A stretch of DNA of 64,000 nt. Origin: Gammaproteobacteria bacterium (GTDB taxonomy: Bacteria > Pseudomonadota > Gammaproteobacteria > Steroidobacterales > Foliamicaceae). How positions within the stretch are numbered: the stretch's first letter is position 1; every line of letters starts with the position of its first letter. The notes under the pieces are model-generated. The model was given only the letters and a program-made list of their open reading frames with translations, ran no database searches and was not told the origin of the DNA. The stretch lies in contig WTGP01000046.1 of assembly GCA_011523505.1 (NCBI GenBank), positions 5,046-69,045 of the forward strand. The letters are read 5' to 3'. Positions 1-9,042 of this stretch are shown piece by piece. Made by a program: the position numbers and the translations under genes.

Positions 1-786
1 GCTCAGGTTACGGATCAATGCGTTGCCGCCGGCAAAGGAGGTCGTCATGAAAACCATGTCCAGCTTGAGCTTGCTGCCCCAATTCAGAAAGGCCGCCACG
101 GGCGCCGGAGCGCCTACGATGATGACCGCTTCGGGATCGCCCTCCATCACGTCCAGCAGGGTCGTCTTGACCGCGATGGTGTTGCGTGGATAGACCGCGA
201 TGGCGGCCGGCTTGAGTCCTCGCCGCTCCATGGCCAACTGGGCGCCGCGGAATCCCGCACGGCCGAACGAATCGTCCTGATAGGCGACCGCCACGCGCGT
301 CAGACCCCGGCGGGTCAGGAATTCCATCATCGCCTCCGTTTCCTGGTAGTAGGAGGCGCGCAGGTTGATAACGTTCTGCCATTGCCCATCGCGCAGAAAG
401 GGGGCGCCGGTGAAAGGTGCGATATAGGGCACTCCGGCCGCCGCCGCGACCGGTACCGACGACCGCGCCGTCGGGGTGCCGACCGCGCCGATGAGCGCGA
501 ACACCTCGCGCTCATTGATCAGGGCGCGCATGTTCTCGATCGCGGCTTCCGGCTCATAACCGTCGTCAAGCGAGATCAACTCCAGCCGCCGGCCATGCAC
601 GCCGCCGTTACGGTTGGCCTCGTCGAACGCAGCCTCGATTCCGGCCCGCATCGCCTGGCCCAGCCCGCTGGCCGGCCCGGTCAGCGCCGCCGACTGCCCG
701 AACAGGATGCGCTCCGCGTCGATTCCCGGCTCGGCCGAAACTCCCGCAAAAGCCGCCAGCCCGGCGATCAGAACCAGCCCGCGCAT
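1..786 (-). CDS. ABC-transporter periplasmic substrate-binding protein, Leu/Ile/Val-binding (type 1 PBP) family; 3' end runs off the window
   Basis: Absent from the ORF track because it has no stop inside the window. My own reverse-strand translation from the ATG (complement of 784-786) stays open to position 1: MRGLVLIAGLAAFAGVSAEPGIDAERILFGQSAALTGPASGLGQAMRAGIEAAFDEANRNGGVHGRRLELISLDDGYEPEAAIENMRALINEREVFALIGAVGTPTA... It has a signal peptide plus LivK-like N-terminal motifs. Track ORFs 8..382-, 382..798+ and 614..1465+ here are Arg/Pro-rich off-frame artefacts. Confidence 0.75.
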   Translation of the reverse strand, partial: MRGLVLIAGLAAFAGVSAEPGIDAERILFGQSAALTGPASGLGQAMRAGIEAAFDEANRNGGVHGRRLELISLDDGYEPEAAIENMRALINEREVFALIGAVGTPTARSSVPVAAAAGVPYIAPFTGAPFLRDGQWQNVINLRASYYQETEAMMEFLTRRGLTRVAVAYQDDSFGRAGFRGAQLAMERRGLKPAAIAVYPRNTIAVKTTLLDVMEGDPEAVIIVGAPAPVAAFLNWGSKLKLDMVFMTTSFAGGNALIRNLS

Positions 787-805
787 GCCCCCCCGTAACA
801 CGGCG

Positions 806-1222
806 TCAGAGCCGGGTTACCAGCGTCAGCCGGTTGCGGTTGCCCTCCCGGGCGTACTTGACCTCATCCATCATCTCCCGCACCAGGTACACGCCCAGAC
901 CGCCGATACGCCGCTCCTCGATGCCCGCGTCGATGTCGGGGTCCGGCGTTTCCGTCAGGGGATCGAAGGGGCTGGCTTCGTCGATGAACTCGATCGTTAC
1001 GCTGTCGTCCGCGGCTACCAGGCGGAATTCCAGTTCCTGGGATTCATCGTTTCCGTAGCCGTGGTCGATGATGTTCAGCCCCAGTTCCTCCACCACCAGC
1101 TTGACCTTGAAGACCAGTTCCTCCGGCCATTGTTCCAACTGGGCCATTTCGTCGATGGCTTTCTCCACCAGCTCCAGTTGCCCGTGGCTGGCATGGATCT
1201 TCAGGCGGATTTCGCCGCTCAT
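806..1222 (-). CDS. RsbW-like anti-sigma regulatory factor / serine protein kinase (HATPase_c_2)
   Basis: 138 aa, acidic. GLNIIDHG and ERRIGGLGVYLVREMMDEV motifs are typical of RsbW/SpoIIAB-type kinases. It starts 2 nt after the stop of the upstream PP2C gene. Confidence 0.8.
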   Translation of the reverse strand: MSGEIRLKIHASHGQLELVEKAIDEMAQLEQWPEELVFKVKLVVEELGLNIIDHGYGNDESQELEFRLVAADDSVTIEFIDEASPFDPLTETPDPDIDAGIEERRIGGLGVYLVREMMDEVKYAREGNRNRLTLVTRL

Positions 1223-1224
1223 GA

Positions 1225-2385
1225 CTACGAACCGGACCTCAGCAGCACCAGGCAGGTGATGTCGTCCGACTGCGATCGGTCGCCCGCGAATTCCCTCACC
1301 GCCGCGAACACGGCATCGTTCGCCGTCCGCGCGCTCTCCAGCGTGGCGCCCGCGAAGACGTCCAGCAAGCGATCCATGCCGAATTCCTCGCTGTCCAGGT
1401 CTTCCGCCTCGGAGACGCCGTCCGTGTACATCACCAGCGCCTCGCCCGGTTCCAGCCGGGCCTGATCGGTGCTGAACTCGAACTGCGGAGCAACCCCCAG
1501 CGCCACTCCGCCGGTGAGCGGCAGGATGGTGGAGGACCCGTCCTTGTGGACGATCAGCGGCGGATTGTGTCCGCCATTGGCGTAGCGCACCAGTCCGGTT
1601 GCCGGATCGAACACGGCGTAGAACAGCGTCACGAACATGTTGGCGTCGTTTCCGTCCTGGAGTTGCTCGTTGACCACGGTAACGACAGCGCCCGGGTCCT
1701 CACTGCCGAGCGCCGCGCCCTTCAGCAAGGTACGGCTGGACATCATGAACAGCGCCGCGGGAACGCCCTTGTCGGACACATCCGCAATGGCCATTCCCAA
1801 GCGCCCGTTCTCCAGCCGGATAATGTCGAAGAAATCGCCGCCGACGTTCCGGGCCGGTGTCATGCTGCCGTACAGCTGGTATTGCTCGTTCTTCGGAAAT
1901 TGCTTGGGCAGGATCGACTGCTGCATGGTGTGGGCCACGTCCAGTTCGCTTTGCAGCGTCAGCAGCTTGTCCTTCGAGGCTTCGGCTTCGCGCCACATCT
2001 CCAGTTGGCGCAGGCTGCGGTCGATCGTGATTCTCAGGTCATCGAAGTCGATCGGTTTGGTGACGAAATCGAACGCGCCGCGGTTCATCGCCGCGCGAAT
2101 GTTCTTCATGTCCCCGTAGGCGGAGATGACGACCGAGCGGAGATCGGTATCGACGTCCGGGATCTTTTCCAGCAGCGTCAGACCATCCATGCGCGGCATG
2201 TTGATGTCGGAAAGCACCAGGTCGATGTCGCTGTGCTCGCCCAGGGCCTCGAGCGCCTCGACGCCGTCTCCGGCGAAAAGAAAGGCATACTGCCCGGAGC
2301 GAATCTCGCGCCGCATCCGCTGCCGGACCAGTTGCTCCAGGTCCGACTCGTCGTCGACCATCAGAATCTTGTGTTGAGCTTGCAT
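1225..2385 (-). CDS. Response regulator (REC) fused to a PP2C/SpoIIE-type serine phosphatase (RsbU-like)
   Basis: N-terminus KILMVDDESDLEQL...DLVLSDINMPRMDGLTLL...VISAYGD...FDFVTKP is a receiver domain. C-terminus GGDFFD...DVSDKGVPAALFM...YANGGHNPP...MYTDGVSEA...DDITCLVL is a PP2C/SpoIIE signature. Confidence 0.9.
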   Translation of the reverse strand: MQAQHKILMVDDESDLEQLVRQRMRREIRSGQYAFLFAGDGVEALEALGEHSDIDLVLSDINMPRMDGLTLLEKIPDVDTDLRSVVISAYGDMKNIRAAMNRGAFDFVTKPIDFDDLRITIDRSLRQLEMWREAEASKDKLLTLQSELDVAHTMQQSILPKQFPKNEQYQLYGSMTPARNVGGDFFDIIRLENGRLGMAIADVSDKGVPAALFMMSSRTLLKGAALGSEDPGAVVTVVNEQLQDGNDANMFVTLFYAVFDPATGLVRYANGGHNPPLIVHKDGSSTILPLTGGVALGVAPQFEFSTDQARLEPGEALVMYTDGVSEAEDLDSEEFGMDRLLDVFAGATLESARTANDAVFAAVREFAGDRSQSDDITCLVLLRSGS

Positions 2386-2408
2386 CGCAAGTCAGCCTGC
2401 TTGTGGCC

Positions 2409-2438
2409 ATAAAAAGGATGCCCATTGTATATGGGCAT
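2409..2438 (-). terminator. Rho-independent terminator downstream of nadA
   Basis: On the minus strand: ATGCCCA-tatacaa-TGGGCAT (7-bp perfect stem), followed by CCTTTTTAT. It starts 19 nt after the nadA stop. Confidence 0.7.
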
Positions 2439-2457
2439 TAAGGCAGGTTCCCGCCGA

Positions 2458-3465
2458 TCAGGCCTGAAGCATGCGCTCCACGGCAAGCCGCGCGCGGTCT
2501 GCGATTTCCGCCGGAACCTCTACCCGCGGCTGAAGTGTTTCCAGTGTGCGCAGGATCTTGGGAAGGGTGATGCGCTTCATGTGCGGACAGAGATTGCACG
2601 GGCGCACGAACTGCACGTCGGGATGTTCCACGGCCACGTTGTCGCTCATCGAGCACTCGGTCACCATGACCACGCGGCGGGGCTTGTTTTCACCCACGTA
2701 GCGAATCATCGCCGAAGTGGAGCCGACGAAATCGGCCTCGTCCAGGACATCGGGCGGACATTCCGGATGGGCGATGACCTGTATGCCGGAGTGCGACCGG
2801 CGATAGGAACGGATTTCATCCGCCGTGAACCGCTCGTGCACTTCGCAGCTCCCTTCCCAGAGAATGATCTCCACGTCGGTCTTGCCGGCCACATAGCGAC
2901 CCAGGTATCCGTCGGGCAGGAAAATCACGCGGTCCGCGCCCAGCGACTCGACGATCTTCACGGCATTCGCCGAAGTGCAGCAGATGTCGGATTCGGCCTT
3001 CACTTCGGCGGAGGTATTGACGTAGGTAACAACCGGAACGCCGGGGTATTTCTGCTTCAGCAGACGCACGTCCTCGCCGGTAATCGCAGCAGCCAGCGAA
3101 CAGCCGGCTTCCAGATCCGGGATCAGCACGGTTTTTTCGGGCGCCAGGATCTTCGATGTCTCGGCCATGAAATGAACGCCGCACATCAGGATCACGCCGG
3201 AGCCGGCCCTGGCGCCCAGGCGGGCCAGTTCGAGCGAATCGCCGGAGAAATCCGCCACGCCGTGGAAAATCTCCGGGGTCTGGTAATTGTGTACGAGGAT
3301 TACGGCATCGCGCTCCTTCTTCAATTCGTTGATGCGGGCGATATACGGCGCATGCACGGGCCATTCCACGTCGGGTATGACGTCGGTCAGGCGGCTGCGG
3401 ATCGCCGCGGTAATCTCCTGCACTCTCGGGGTGTACTCCAATGATCCTGTCGATTGAACCTGCAT
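2458..3465 (-). CDS. nadA: Quinolinate synthase A
   Basis: 335 aa. Motifs [45 protein letters not shown] and VMVTECSM are diagnostic of NadA, including the Fe-S cysteines. Confidence 0.95.
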   Translation of the reverse strand: MQVQSTGSLEYTPRVQEITAAIRSRLTDVIPDVEWPVHAPYIARINELKKERDAVILVHNYQTPEIFHGVADFSGDSLELARLGARAGSGVILMCGVHFMAETSKILAPEKTVLIPDLEAGCSLAAAITGEDVRLLKQKYPGVPVVTYVNTSAEVKAESDICCTSANAVKIVESLGADRVIFLPDGYLGRYVAGKTDVEIILWEGSCEVHERFTADEIRSYRRSHSGIQVIAHPECPPDVLDEADFVGSTSAMIRYVGENKPRRVVMVTECSMSDNVAVEHPDVQFVRPCNLCPHMKRITLPKILRTLETLQPRVEVPAEIADRARLAVERMLQA

Positions 3466-3494
3466 TGACGGTCTGCTCCGTTGCCGGGGCTGTA

Positions 3495-3511
3495 ATGCTA
3501 CAAGTGAGCAT
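3495..3511. promoter_or_regulatory. Inverted repeat ATGCT-N7-AGCAT in the nadA/nrtR divergent promoter region (candidate NrtR operator)
   Basis: atgct acaagtg agcat read directly from the sequence. It lies in the 97-bp gap between divergent nadA and the NrtR-like gene. The arms are only 5 bp, so support is weak. Confidence 0.3.
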
Positions 3512-3562
3512 AAGTATTGTCAAATCCCCTCCCGCATAACGGAGCGGGTCTAAAATGGCTGT

Positions 3563-4477
3563 GTGACCGAACCGATCAGCGTGGAGCTCAGCGCCGTGGT
3601 GCTGACCGTAGTGGACGACGAGCCGCAGGTTCTGGTCCTGCCGGGCGGTCCCCCGGCCCGCTTGCCTTCCGACGGGCTGCGCGGCACGCGCGACCAGACG
3701 CTGGAATTCGGCGCCCGGCGGCTGCTCAGGCGCCAGGTCGGACTGGAGCCGGCCTGGCTGGAACAGCTCTACACCTTCGGCGACCGGCGCCGGAATTTCT
3801 GGCCGCGCAGCCCCGACCGCACCATCACGGTGGCCTACCTCGCACTGGTTCGCCATGACCTATGCTCCACCGGGGGGCAGTGGAGGGACTGCTACGGGTT
3901 CTTTCCCTGGGAGGACCAGCGTTCCGAACAGGACTCCGCGGCGCCGCTGGGCGCCGGACTCAGGAAATGGCGGAACAGGGCCCGGGCCGATGCGACCCGC
4001 AGAGAGCGCAGCGAGCGGATCGAGCGCTGCCTGGGCCTGGACCAGGCCGGCTGGACGCCGGACCTTGTGCTGGAGCGCTATGAGCTTGTCTATGAAGCCG
4101 CACTCGTGGCCGAATCCTGGCATGACCGGGGCGCCGCGGCGCCGGAGGGACGCATACTCAATGGGTCCTGCATGGCTCTCGATCACCGGCGAATACTGGC
4201 TACCGCCCTGGGAAGGATGCGGGGAAAGCTGCGCTACCGCCCGGTCGTTTTCGAACTCATGCCGCCGGAATTCACTTTGTTCGAACTGCAGCGCGTGATC
4301 GAGGCAATCAGTGGCCGCGGTCTGCACAAGCAGAATTTCCGGCGACTGGTCGCGAACCAGAGACTGGTCGAGGCTACCGGCGTGCGCAAACCGGACACCG
4401 GCGGCCGCCCGGCGCGCCTCTACCGCTTCCGGCCCGAAGCGTTGGCGGAGCGCCGAGCCGCCGGCGTGCTGTCCTGA
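3563..4477 (+). CDS. nrtR: NrtR-like transcriptional regulator (degenerate Nudix domain + C-terminal winged helix)
   Basis: GTG start. The N-terminus has a Nudix-like fold signature (VVLTVVDDEPQVLVL...GLRGTRDQTLEFGARRLLRRQVGLE), but the Nudix-box glutamates are replaced (RRLLRRQVG). The C-terminus (FTLFELQRVIEAISGRGLHKQNFRRLV...GRPARLYRF) matches the NrtR wHTH. It is divergent from nadA, the classic NrtR context. Confidence 0.7.
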   Translation: MTEPISVELSAVVLTVVDDEPQVLVLPGGPPARLPSDGLRGTRDQTLEFGARRLLRRQVGLEPAWLEQLYTFGDRRRNFWPRSPDRTITVAYLALVRHDLCSTGGQWRDCYGFFPWEDQRSEQDSAAPLGAGLRKWRNRARADATRRERSERIERCLGLDQAGWTPDLVLERYELVYEAALVAESWHDRGAAAPEGRILNGSCMALDHRRILATALGRMRGKLRYRPVVFELMPPEFTLFELQRVIEAISGRGLHKQNFRRLVANQRLVEATGVRKPDTGGRPARLYRFRPEALAERRAAGVLS

Positions 4478-4528
4478 GGCATGCGCTCCGGGCTGCCCAT
4501 TCGTGTATATTCACGCGACCGCTTTCGT

Positions 4529-4604
4529 AGGCGCGTAGCTCAGGGGTTAGAGCACTTGCTTGACATGCAAGGGGTCGGTGGTTCAATTCCACTCGCGCCT
4601 ACCA
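4529..4604 (+). tRNA. tRNA-Val (anticodon GAC)
   Basis: Folded by hand into a cloverleaf: acceptor AGGCGCG/CGCGCCT, D-arm GCTC/GAGC, anticodon stem CTTGC/GCAAG with loop TTGACAT, T-arm GGTGG-TTCAATT-CCACT, discriminator A, encoded CCA. 76 nt. Confidence 0.9.
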
Positions 4605-4619
4605 TTCCTAACATTCGCA

Positions 4620-4730
4620 GCCGCTTTGCCATCTTCCCTTTCCGGGACACGCCGACAAGCACATCCCTGTGGGCTCGGCGTCGGCATCCATGCCTCCGAC
4701 GTTCCCGGAAAGGGAAGATGGCAAAGCGGC
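4620..4730. repeat. Perfect 28-bp inverted repeat with a 55-nt spacer (111-nt hairpin element) between tRNA-Val and lhr
   Basis: Left arm 4620-4647 gccgctttgccatcttccctttccggga. Right arm 4703-4730 tcccggaaagggaagatggcaaagcggc. I checked base by base that they are exact reverse complements. The spacer has an additional gccgac/gtcggc sub-stem. Confidence 0.85.
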
Positions 4731-4755
4731 ATTCACGCATTAGTCTCGAAATGGA

Positions 4756-7700
4756 ATGAGAGCAAGGGTGCAACCAACTTCGACGGCGTTGGATGGCCTG
4801 CATCCGGCGGTTCGCGAATGGTTTGACGAGTCGTTCGATCGGCCCACGGCGGTTCAGGAAGGCGCCTGGCCCGCCATCGCCGCGGGCCGGCACGCGCTGC
4901 TGGCGGCGCCCACCGGTTCCGGCAAGACACTGGCGGGCTTTCTATCCGTCATCGACGAACTGCTGCGGCGCAGCCTGCGGGACGATCTGCCGCAGCGAAC
5001 CGAAATCGTTTACGTGTCGCCCCTGCGGGCCCTTTCGAACGACGTGCGCCGCAACCTCCGCGCGCCTCTCGCGGGAATCGATCGGCGTCTCGAGGCCCGG
5101 GGCCTGCCGGCCTCGGGAATTACCGCCGGCCTGCGAACCGGGGACAGTACCGCGGCCGACCGTCGCAGGCTGCTCAAGACACCGCCCCACATCCTGGTAA
5201 CCACGCCGGAGTCCCTGTACCTGCTGCTCACTTCGGAAGGCGGCCGGGGGCTGCTCTCGCACGCAGGCACCGTGATCCTGGATGAACTGCACTCGCTTGC
5301 GGGGGGCAAGCGGGGCGCACACCTCACCCTCAGCCTCGAGCGCCTGGAAATGCTGACAGGGCGGCCGTTGCGGCGAATCGGCATGTCGGCCACGCAGCGG
5401 CCGCTGGACCGCATGGCCCGGTTCCTGCTCGGTGCGCGAGAGGACGATTGCGCGATTGTCGATGCCGGCGCCGCGCGCGATCGGGACCTGGCCCTGGAAC
5501 TGCCCGGATCGCCGCTGCAGGCCGTCATGCCGCTGGAAGTCTGGTCGGAGCTCTATGACCGGCTCGCGGATCTCGTGCGCGGTCACGATTCGACGCTGGT
5601 TTTCGTCAATACGCGGCGGCTGTGCGAGCGGGCCGCGCGCCAGCTGAGCGAACGGCTGGGCGAGGACGCGGTCGCTTCCCACCACGGCAGCATGTCCAAG
5701 GACCACCGGGGCGAGGCCGAGCAGCGCCTCAAGCGAGGAAGTCTCAAGGTGCTTGTCGCCACGGCCTCGCTGGAACTGGGTATCGATATCGGCTCCGTGG
5801 ACCTCGTATGCCAGTTGGGTTCTCCGCGCGGAATCTCGCGGTTTTTACAGCGCGTCGGGCGTTCGGGCCACGCCGTCGGCGAGGTCCCCAGGGGCCGCCT
5901 GTTCCCGCTGACCCGTGGCGAACTGGTCGAGAGTCTGGCGCTTCTGAAGGCGGCGGGCAGAAACGAAATCGAGGAAATCCGCATCCCGCCAGGCGCCATG
6001 GACGTGCTGGCGCAGCAGATCGTGGCCGAGGGAGCCTGCGGCGAGAAAAGCGTCGATGAACTGCGCGCGGCGTTTTCACTGGCCTGGCCGTACCGCAAAC
6101 TGGACCGCGAGCGCTTTGCCCGCGTGGCGCGGATGCTGGCGGACGGTTACTCCACGCGGCGCGGGCGCTCCGGCGCCTACCTGCATTTCGACAGCGTGAA
6201 GCGGCTGTTGAGGCCGCGGCGCTCGGCCCGCATCACCGCCCTGACCAATGGCGGGACCATCCCGGACCAGTTTGACTACGACGTGCTGCTCATGCCGTCG
6301 GAAACCCGCATCGGCACGCTGAACGAGGACTTTGCGTTCGAGAGCCTGCCGGGGGACATATTTCAGCTCGGCAACGCCTCCTACCGGATACAGCGGGTCA
6401 CTTCCGGCAAGGTATACGCCGAGGACGCGCATGGGGCTCCGCCCACCATCCCGTTCTGGTTCGGCGAAGCGCCGGGGCGCAGCACGGAACTTTCGGGGCG
6501 GGTCGCGAGACTTCTCGACGGCGTGGAGACGCGTTTGGCCCGGGACGCGGACGCGATTGCCTGGCTTGCCTCCATTCCCGGCGGATCGCACGAGGCCGCC
6601 CGCCAGACGGTCGAGTACCTTGAGGCCGCGCGGGCCACCCTGGAATCGCTGCCGGGCGTGGGGCGCTTCGTGATCGAGCGCTTCCTCGACGAACTGGGCG
6701 ACATGCACGTCGTCATTCATTCGCCGCTGGGCTCCCGCCTCAACCGCGCCTGGGGACTGGCGCTGCGCAAGCGCATCTGCCGGAAGTTCAATATCGAACC
6801 GCAGGCGGCGGCGCTGGACGACAGCATCGTGATTTCGCTGGGTCCGGGGCACAGCTTCCCGTTGAAGGAAATCACCGGCTGGCTGCATTCCTCGACCGCG
6901 CACGAACTCCTGATACAGGCCGTGCTCGACTCGCCGATGTTCCCCACCCGCTGGCGATGGACGGCTTCGACGGCGCTGGCCATACTCCGCAACTGGAAAG
7001 GCGAGCGCCGGCCGGCGCAGTTTCAGCGCGGCGACGCGGAGGACCTCATGGTCGCGCTGTTCCCCGATCTGGTCGCCTGCGCCGAGAACCTCACGGGGGA
7101 CCGCGCGGTCCCCGACCATCCGCTGGTCGACCAGACCCTGGACGATTGCCTGCACGAACTGATGGACGTCGATGGCCTGCTGGCCCTGCTGCGCTCCTTC
7201 GAGCAGGGTCAGGCCGAAGTGCGCTTTGCCGAACCCGCCTCGCCGTCGGTCCTGGCCCAGGAAGTCATTACCGCCAAGCCCTATGCCTTCCTCGACGATG
7301 CGCCGGCCGAGGAGCGCCGCACCCAGGCGATCCGCACCCGCCATCTGCTGGATGTCGAAGACGCCGCAACCCTGGCGCGGCCGGACCCGCAGGCGATCGC
7401 CGAAGTGTGTGCCCAGGCCTGGCCGAACCCGCGCGATGCGGACGAATTGCACGACGCGCTGAACCTGGCGGGATTCCTGACCGAAGCCGAACTGGCGGAT
7501 TTCCCGGATTTTCTGGCGGAACTGACGTCGCAGGGCAGGGCGCTGGCCTTTTCGGCCGGCGACGGCCGGAGGGTCCGGGCCTGCGTGGAACGCCGCGAGG
7601 AACTGGCCACAGCCCTGGCGAAAACGGACGAGGCGGCAACGGCAATTCGTGAACTGCTCCGCAGCCGGCTTGAAGTCCTGGGGCCCGTAACCGCCGCCGA

Positions 7701-8919
7701 ACTGGCCCAGCCTTTGGGGCTGGAAACGGCAGCCGCGGCCGAGGCGCTGGTGGCGCTGGAAGGAGAAGGCTTCGTGGTTCGCGGCCGTTTCCGCACCAGC
7801 GCGGAAGCGGACGGTCCCGAAGAGTGGTGCGAACGCGGCCTGCTGGCGCGAATCCACCGGCGAACGCTGAAATCCCTGCGCCGGCAGATCAAACCGGTCA
7901 GCGCCGCGGAATTCACATCGTTCCTGTTGCATTGGCAGGGGCTTGGTCCCGACCGGCGGCAGGGACCGGAGAGCCTTCGCCTGGCGCTCGACCGACTGGA
8001 AGGCTGCGGCGCCCCGGCGTCGGCCTGGGAAAGCGTGGTGCTGCCGGCGCGGATCGGCGATTTCTCCGCGGCGATGCTGGACCAGGTGCTCGCGTCGGGC
8101 GAATGGCTTTGGAAGCGGACCGAGCCGTTTCCGGGGCGAGCGGGCGGCCGACTGTCCGCCAACACGCCGATAAGCCTGCTCAGGCGCGAATTCTGGGACT
8201 GCTGGCCGTTGGCGCCCGGCCGCATGGAAGGCCTCTCGTTCGGCGCGCGCAAGGTTCTCGAAGTTCTCCGCGAGGGTGGAGCGGACTTCTTCCTCGGCCT
8301 GGTCCGCAACACCGGCATGCTGCGCAGCCAGGTGGAAATGGCGCTGGGAGAACTGGCCGCCGCCGGGCTGGTGACTTCGGACAGCTTTACCGGCCTTCGC
8401 GCACTGATCACTCGGGCCGACAAGCGTCCCCGCTTCGGCGGGCTGCGGGCCCGGATGAGCGGCGTGCAGGCCGGAGGCCGATGGTCCGTACTGCCCGCGC
8501 CTGCCGGCGATGAAGTCAACGGGGAGGACCGAGTCCGGTACCTGGCCGAAGCGATGGTCCGCCGGTACGGAATCGTGTTCCGGGCCCTGCTGGCGCGCGA
8601 CCGCGGGCTGCCGCCATGGCGCGCCTGGCTGCGGGTCTACAGGCGCATGGAGGCCCGGGGCGAACTGCGCGGCGGCCGCTTCGTGGGAGGGTTCAGCGGC
8701 GAGCAGTTTGCCGCTCCCGCCGCGGTGGAGGAACTGCGGTCCATGCGCCGCAGAAACGACTTTGCTGCGCGGATCCGCATCTCCAGCGCGGACCCGGCCA
8801 ATCTGACCGGCGTGTTGTCGCCCCGGCGCATCCCGTCGCAACCGGCGCGGTGGATACGGTACGAAAGCGGAGAGCCCCGAACGGAGGCGGAGCAGGACGC
8901 CGCTGCCGGCGCCTTATAA
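4756..8919 (+). CDS. lhr: Lhr-family large ATP-dependent DEAD/DEAH-box helicase
   Basis: 1387 aa. Motifs: AAPTGSGKTLAGFL (motif I), LDELH (II), MSATQ (III), HHGSMS, QRVGRSGH (VI), followed by a long Lhr-type C-terminal extension. Confidence 0.9.
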   Translation: MRARVQPTSTALDGLHPAVREWFDESFDRPTAVQEGAWPAIAAGRHALLAAPTGSGKTLAGFLSVIDELLRRSLRDDLPQRTEIVYVSPLRALSNDVRRNLRAPLAGIDRRLEARGLPASGITAGLRTGDSTAADRRRLLKTPPHILVTTPESLYLLLTSEGGRGLLSHAGTVILDELHSLAGGKRGAHLTLSLERLEMLTGRPLRRIGMSATQRPLDRMARFLLGAREDDCAIVDAGAARDRDLALELPGSPLQAVMPLEVWSELYDRLADLVRGHDSTLVFVNTRRLCERAARQLSERLGEDAVASHHGSMSKDHRGEAEQRLKRGSLKVLVATASLELGIDIGSVDLVCQLGSPRGISRFLQRVGRSGHAVGEVPRGRLFPLTRGELVESLALLKAAGRNEIEEIRIPPGAMDVLAQQIVAEGACGEKSVDELRAAFSLAWPYRKLDRERFARVARMLADGYSTRRGRSGAYLHFDSVKRLLRPRRSARITALTNGGTIPDQFDYDVLLMPSETRIGTLNEDFAFESLPGDIFQLGNASYRIQRVTSGKVYAEDAHGAPPTIPFWFGEAPGRSTELSGRVARLLDGVETRLARDADAIAWLASIPGGSHEAARQTVEYLEAARATLESLPGVGRFVIERFLDELGDMHVVIHSPLGSRLNRAWGLALRKRICRKFNIEPQAAALDDSIVISLGPGHSFPLKEITGWLHSSTAHELLIQAVLDSPMFPTRWRWTASTALAILRNWKGERRPAQFQRGDAEDLMVALFPDLVACAENLTGDRAVPDHPLVDQTLDDCLHELMDVDGLLALLRSFEQGQAEVRFAEPASPSVLAQEVITAKPYAFLDDAPAEERRTQAIRTRHLLDVEDAATLARPDPQAIAEVCAQAWPNPRDADELHDALNLAGFLTEAELADFPDFLAELTSQGRALAFSAGDGRRVRACVERREELATALAKTDEAATAIRELLRSRLEVLGPVTAAELAQPLGLETAAAAEALVALEGEGFVVRGRFRTSAEADGPEEWCERGLLARIHRRTLKSLRRQIKPVSAAEFTSFLLHWQGLGPDRRQGPESLRLALDRLEGCGAPASAWESVVLPARIGDFSAAMLDQVLASGEWLWKRTEPFPGRAGGRLSANTPISLLRREFWDCWPLAPGRMEGLSFGARKVLEVLREGGADFFLGLVRNTGMLRSQVEMALGELAAAGLVTSDSFTGLRALITRADKRPRFGGLRARMSGVQAGGRWSVLPAPAGDEVNGEDRVRYLAEAMVRRYGIVFRALLARDRGLPPWRAWLRVYRRMEARGELRGGRFVGGFSGEQFAAPAAVEELRSMRRRNDFAARIRISSADPANLTGVLSPRRIPSQPARWIRYESGEPRTEAEQDAAAGAL

Positions 8920-9042
8920 GAAAGTTCCATCGAATCAAAAAGCTCCGTCAACACGACGCGGGCTGCTGCAATATGTGGGCTAGAATCTCGCATCTTGCCC
9001 GGCCGCGCAAAGCCGGGCGGGACCTTTGGACGGGAGGGGAAT

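Noticed and set aside
8-1465. ORF-track entries 8..382-, 327..515-, 382..798+ and 614..1465+ at the left edge.
   Set aside because: All are off-frame relative to a convincing, edge-truncated binding-protein gene (1..786, minus) that the track could not report, and to the RsbW-like gene.
4620-4730. Interpreting the 28-bp-arm hairpin as an integron attC site or as a plain intrinsic terminator.
   Set aside because: There is no RYYYAAC/GTTRRRY core pair at the ends, no extrahelical-base asymmetry (the arms are perfect) and no intI nearby. For a terminator, the stem is far too long and lacks a following T-run. It is kept as an unexplained element instead.
6076-8841. 921-aa ORF antisense to lhr, and similar long antisense or off-frame ORFs (e.g. 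7281..8519-, 10577..12031-, 21929..23158-, 24091..26181-, 38683..40140-, 56579..58105+).
   Set aside because: Their translations are Arg/Gly/Pro/Ala-rich low-complexity strings with no recognisable motifs. They lie opposite ORFs with clear family signatures. Long spurious ORFs of this kind are expected in GC-rich DNA, where stop codons are rare in non-coding frames.
4529-8919. Idea that tRNA-Val marks the edge of an integrated genomic island carrying lhr.
   Set aside because: There is no integrase or recombinase, no direct repeat of the tRNA 3' end that I could find, and no compositional shift visible by eye. lhr is a common core gene.
8920-9042. Weak hairpin cccggc-N8-gccggg and a TAGAAT hexamer downstream of lhr as terminator and promoter.
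   Set aside because: The stem is only 6 bp with no T-run, and the hexamer has no convincing -35. That is too weak to annotate.
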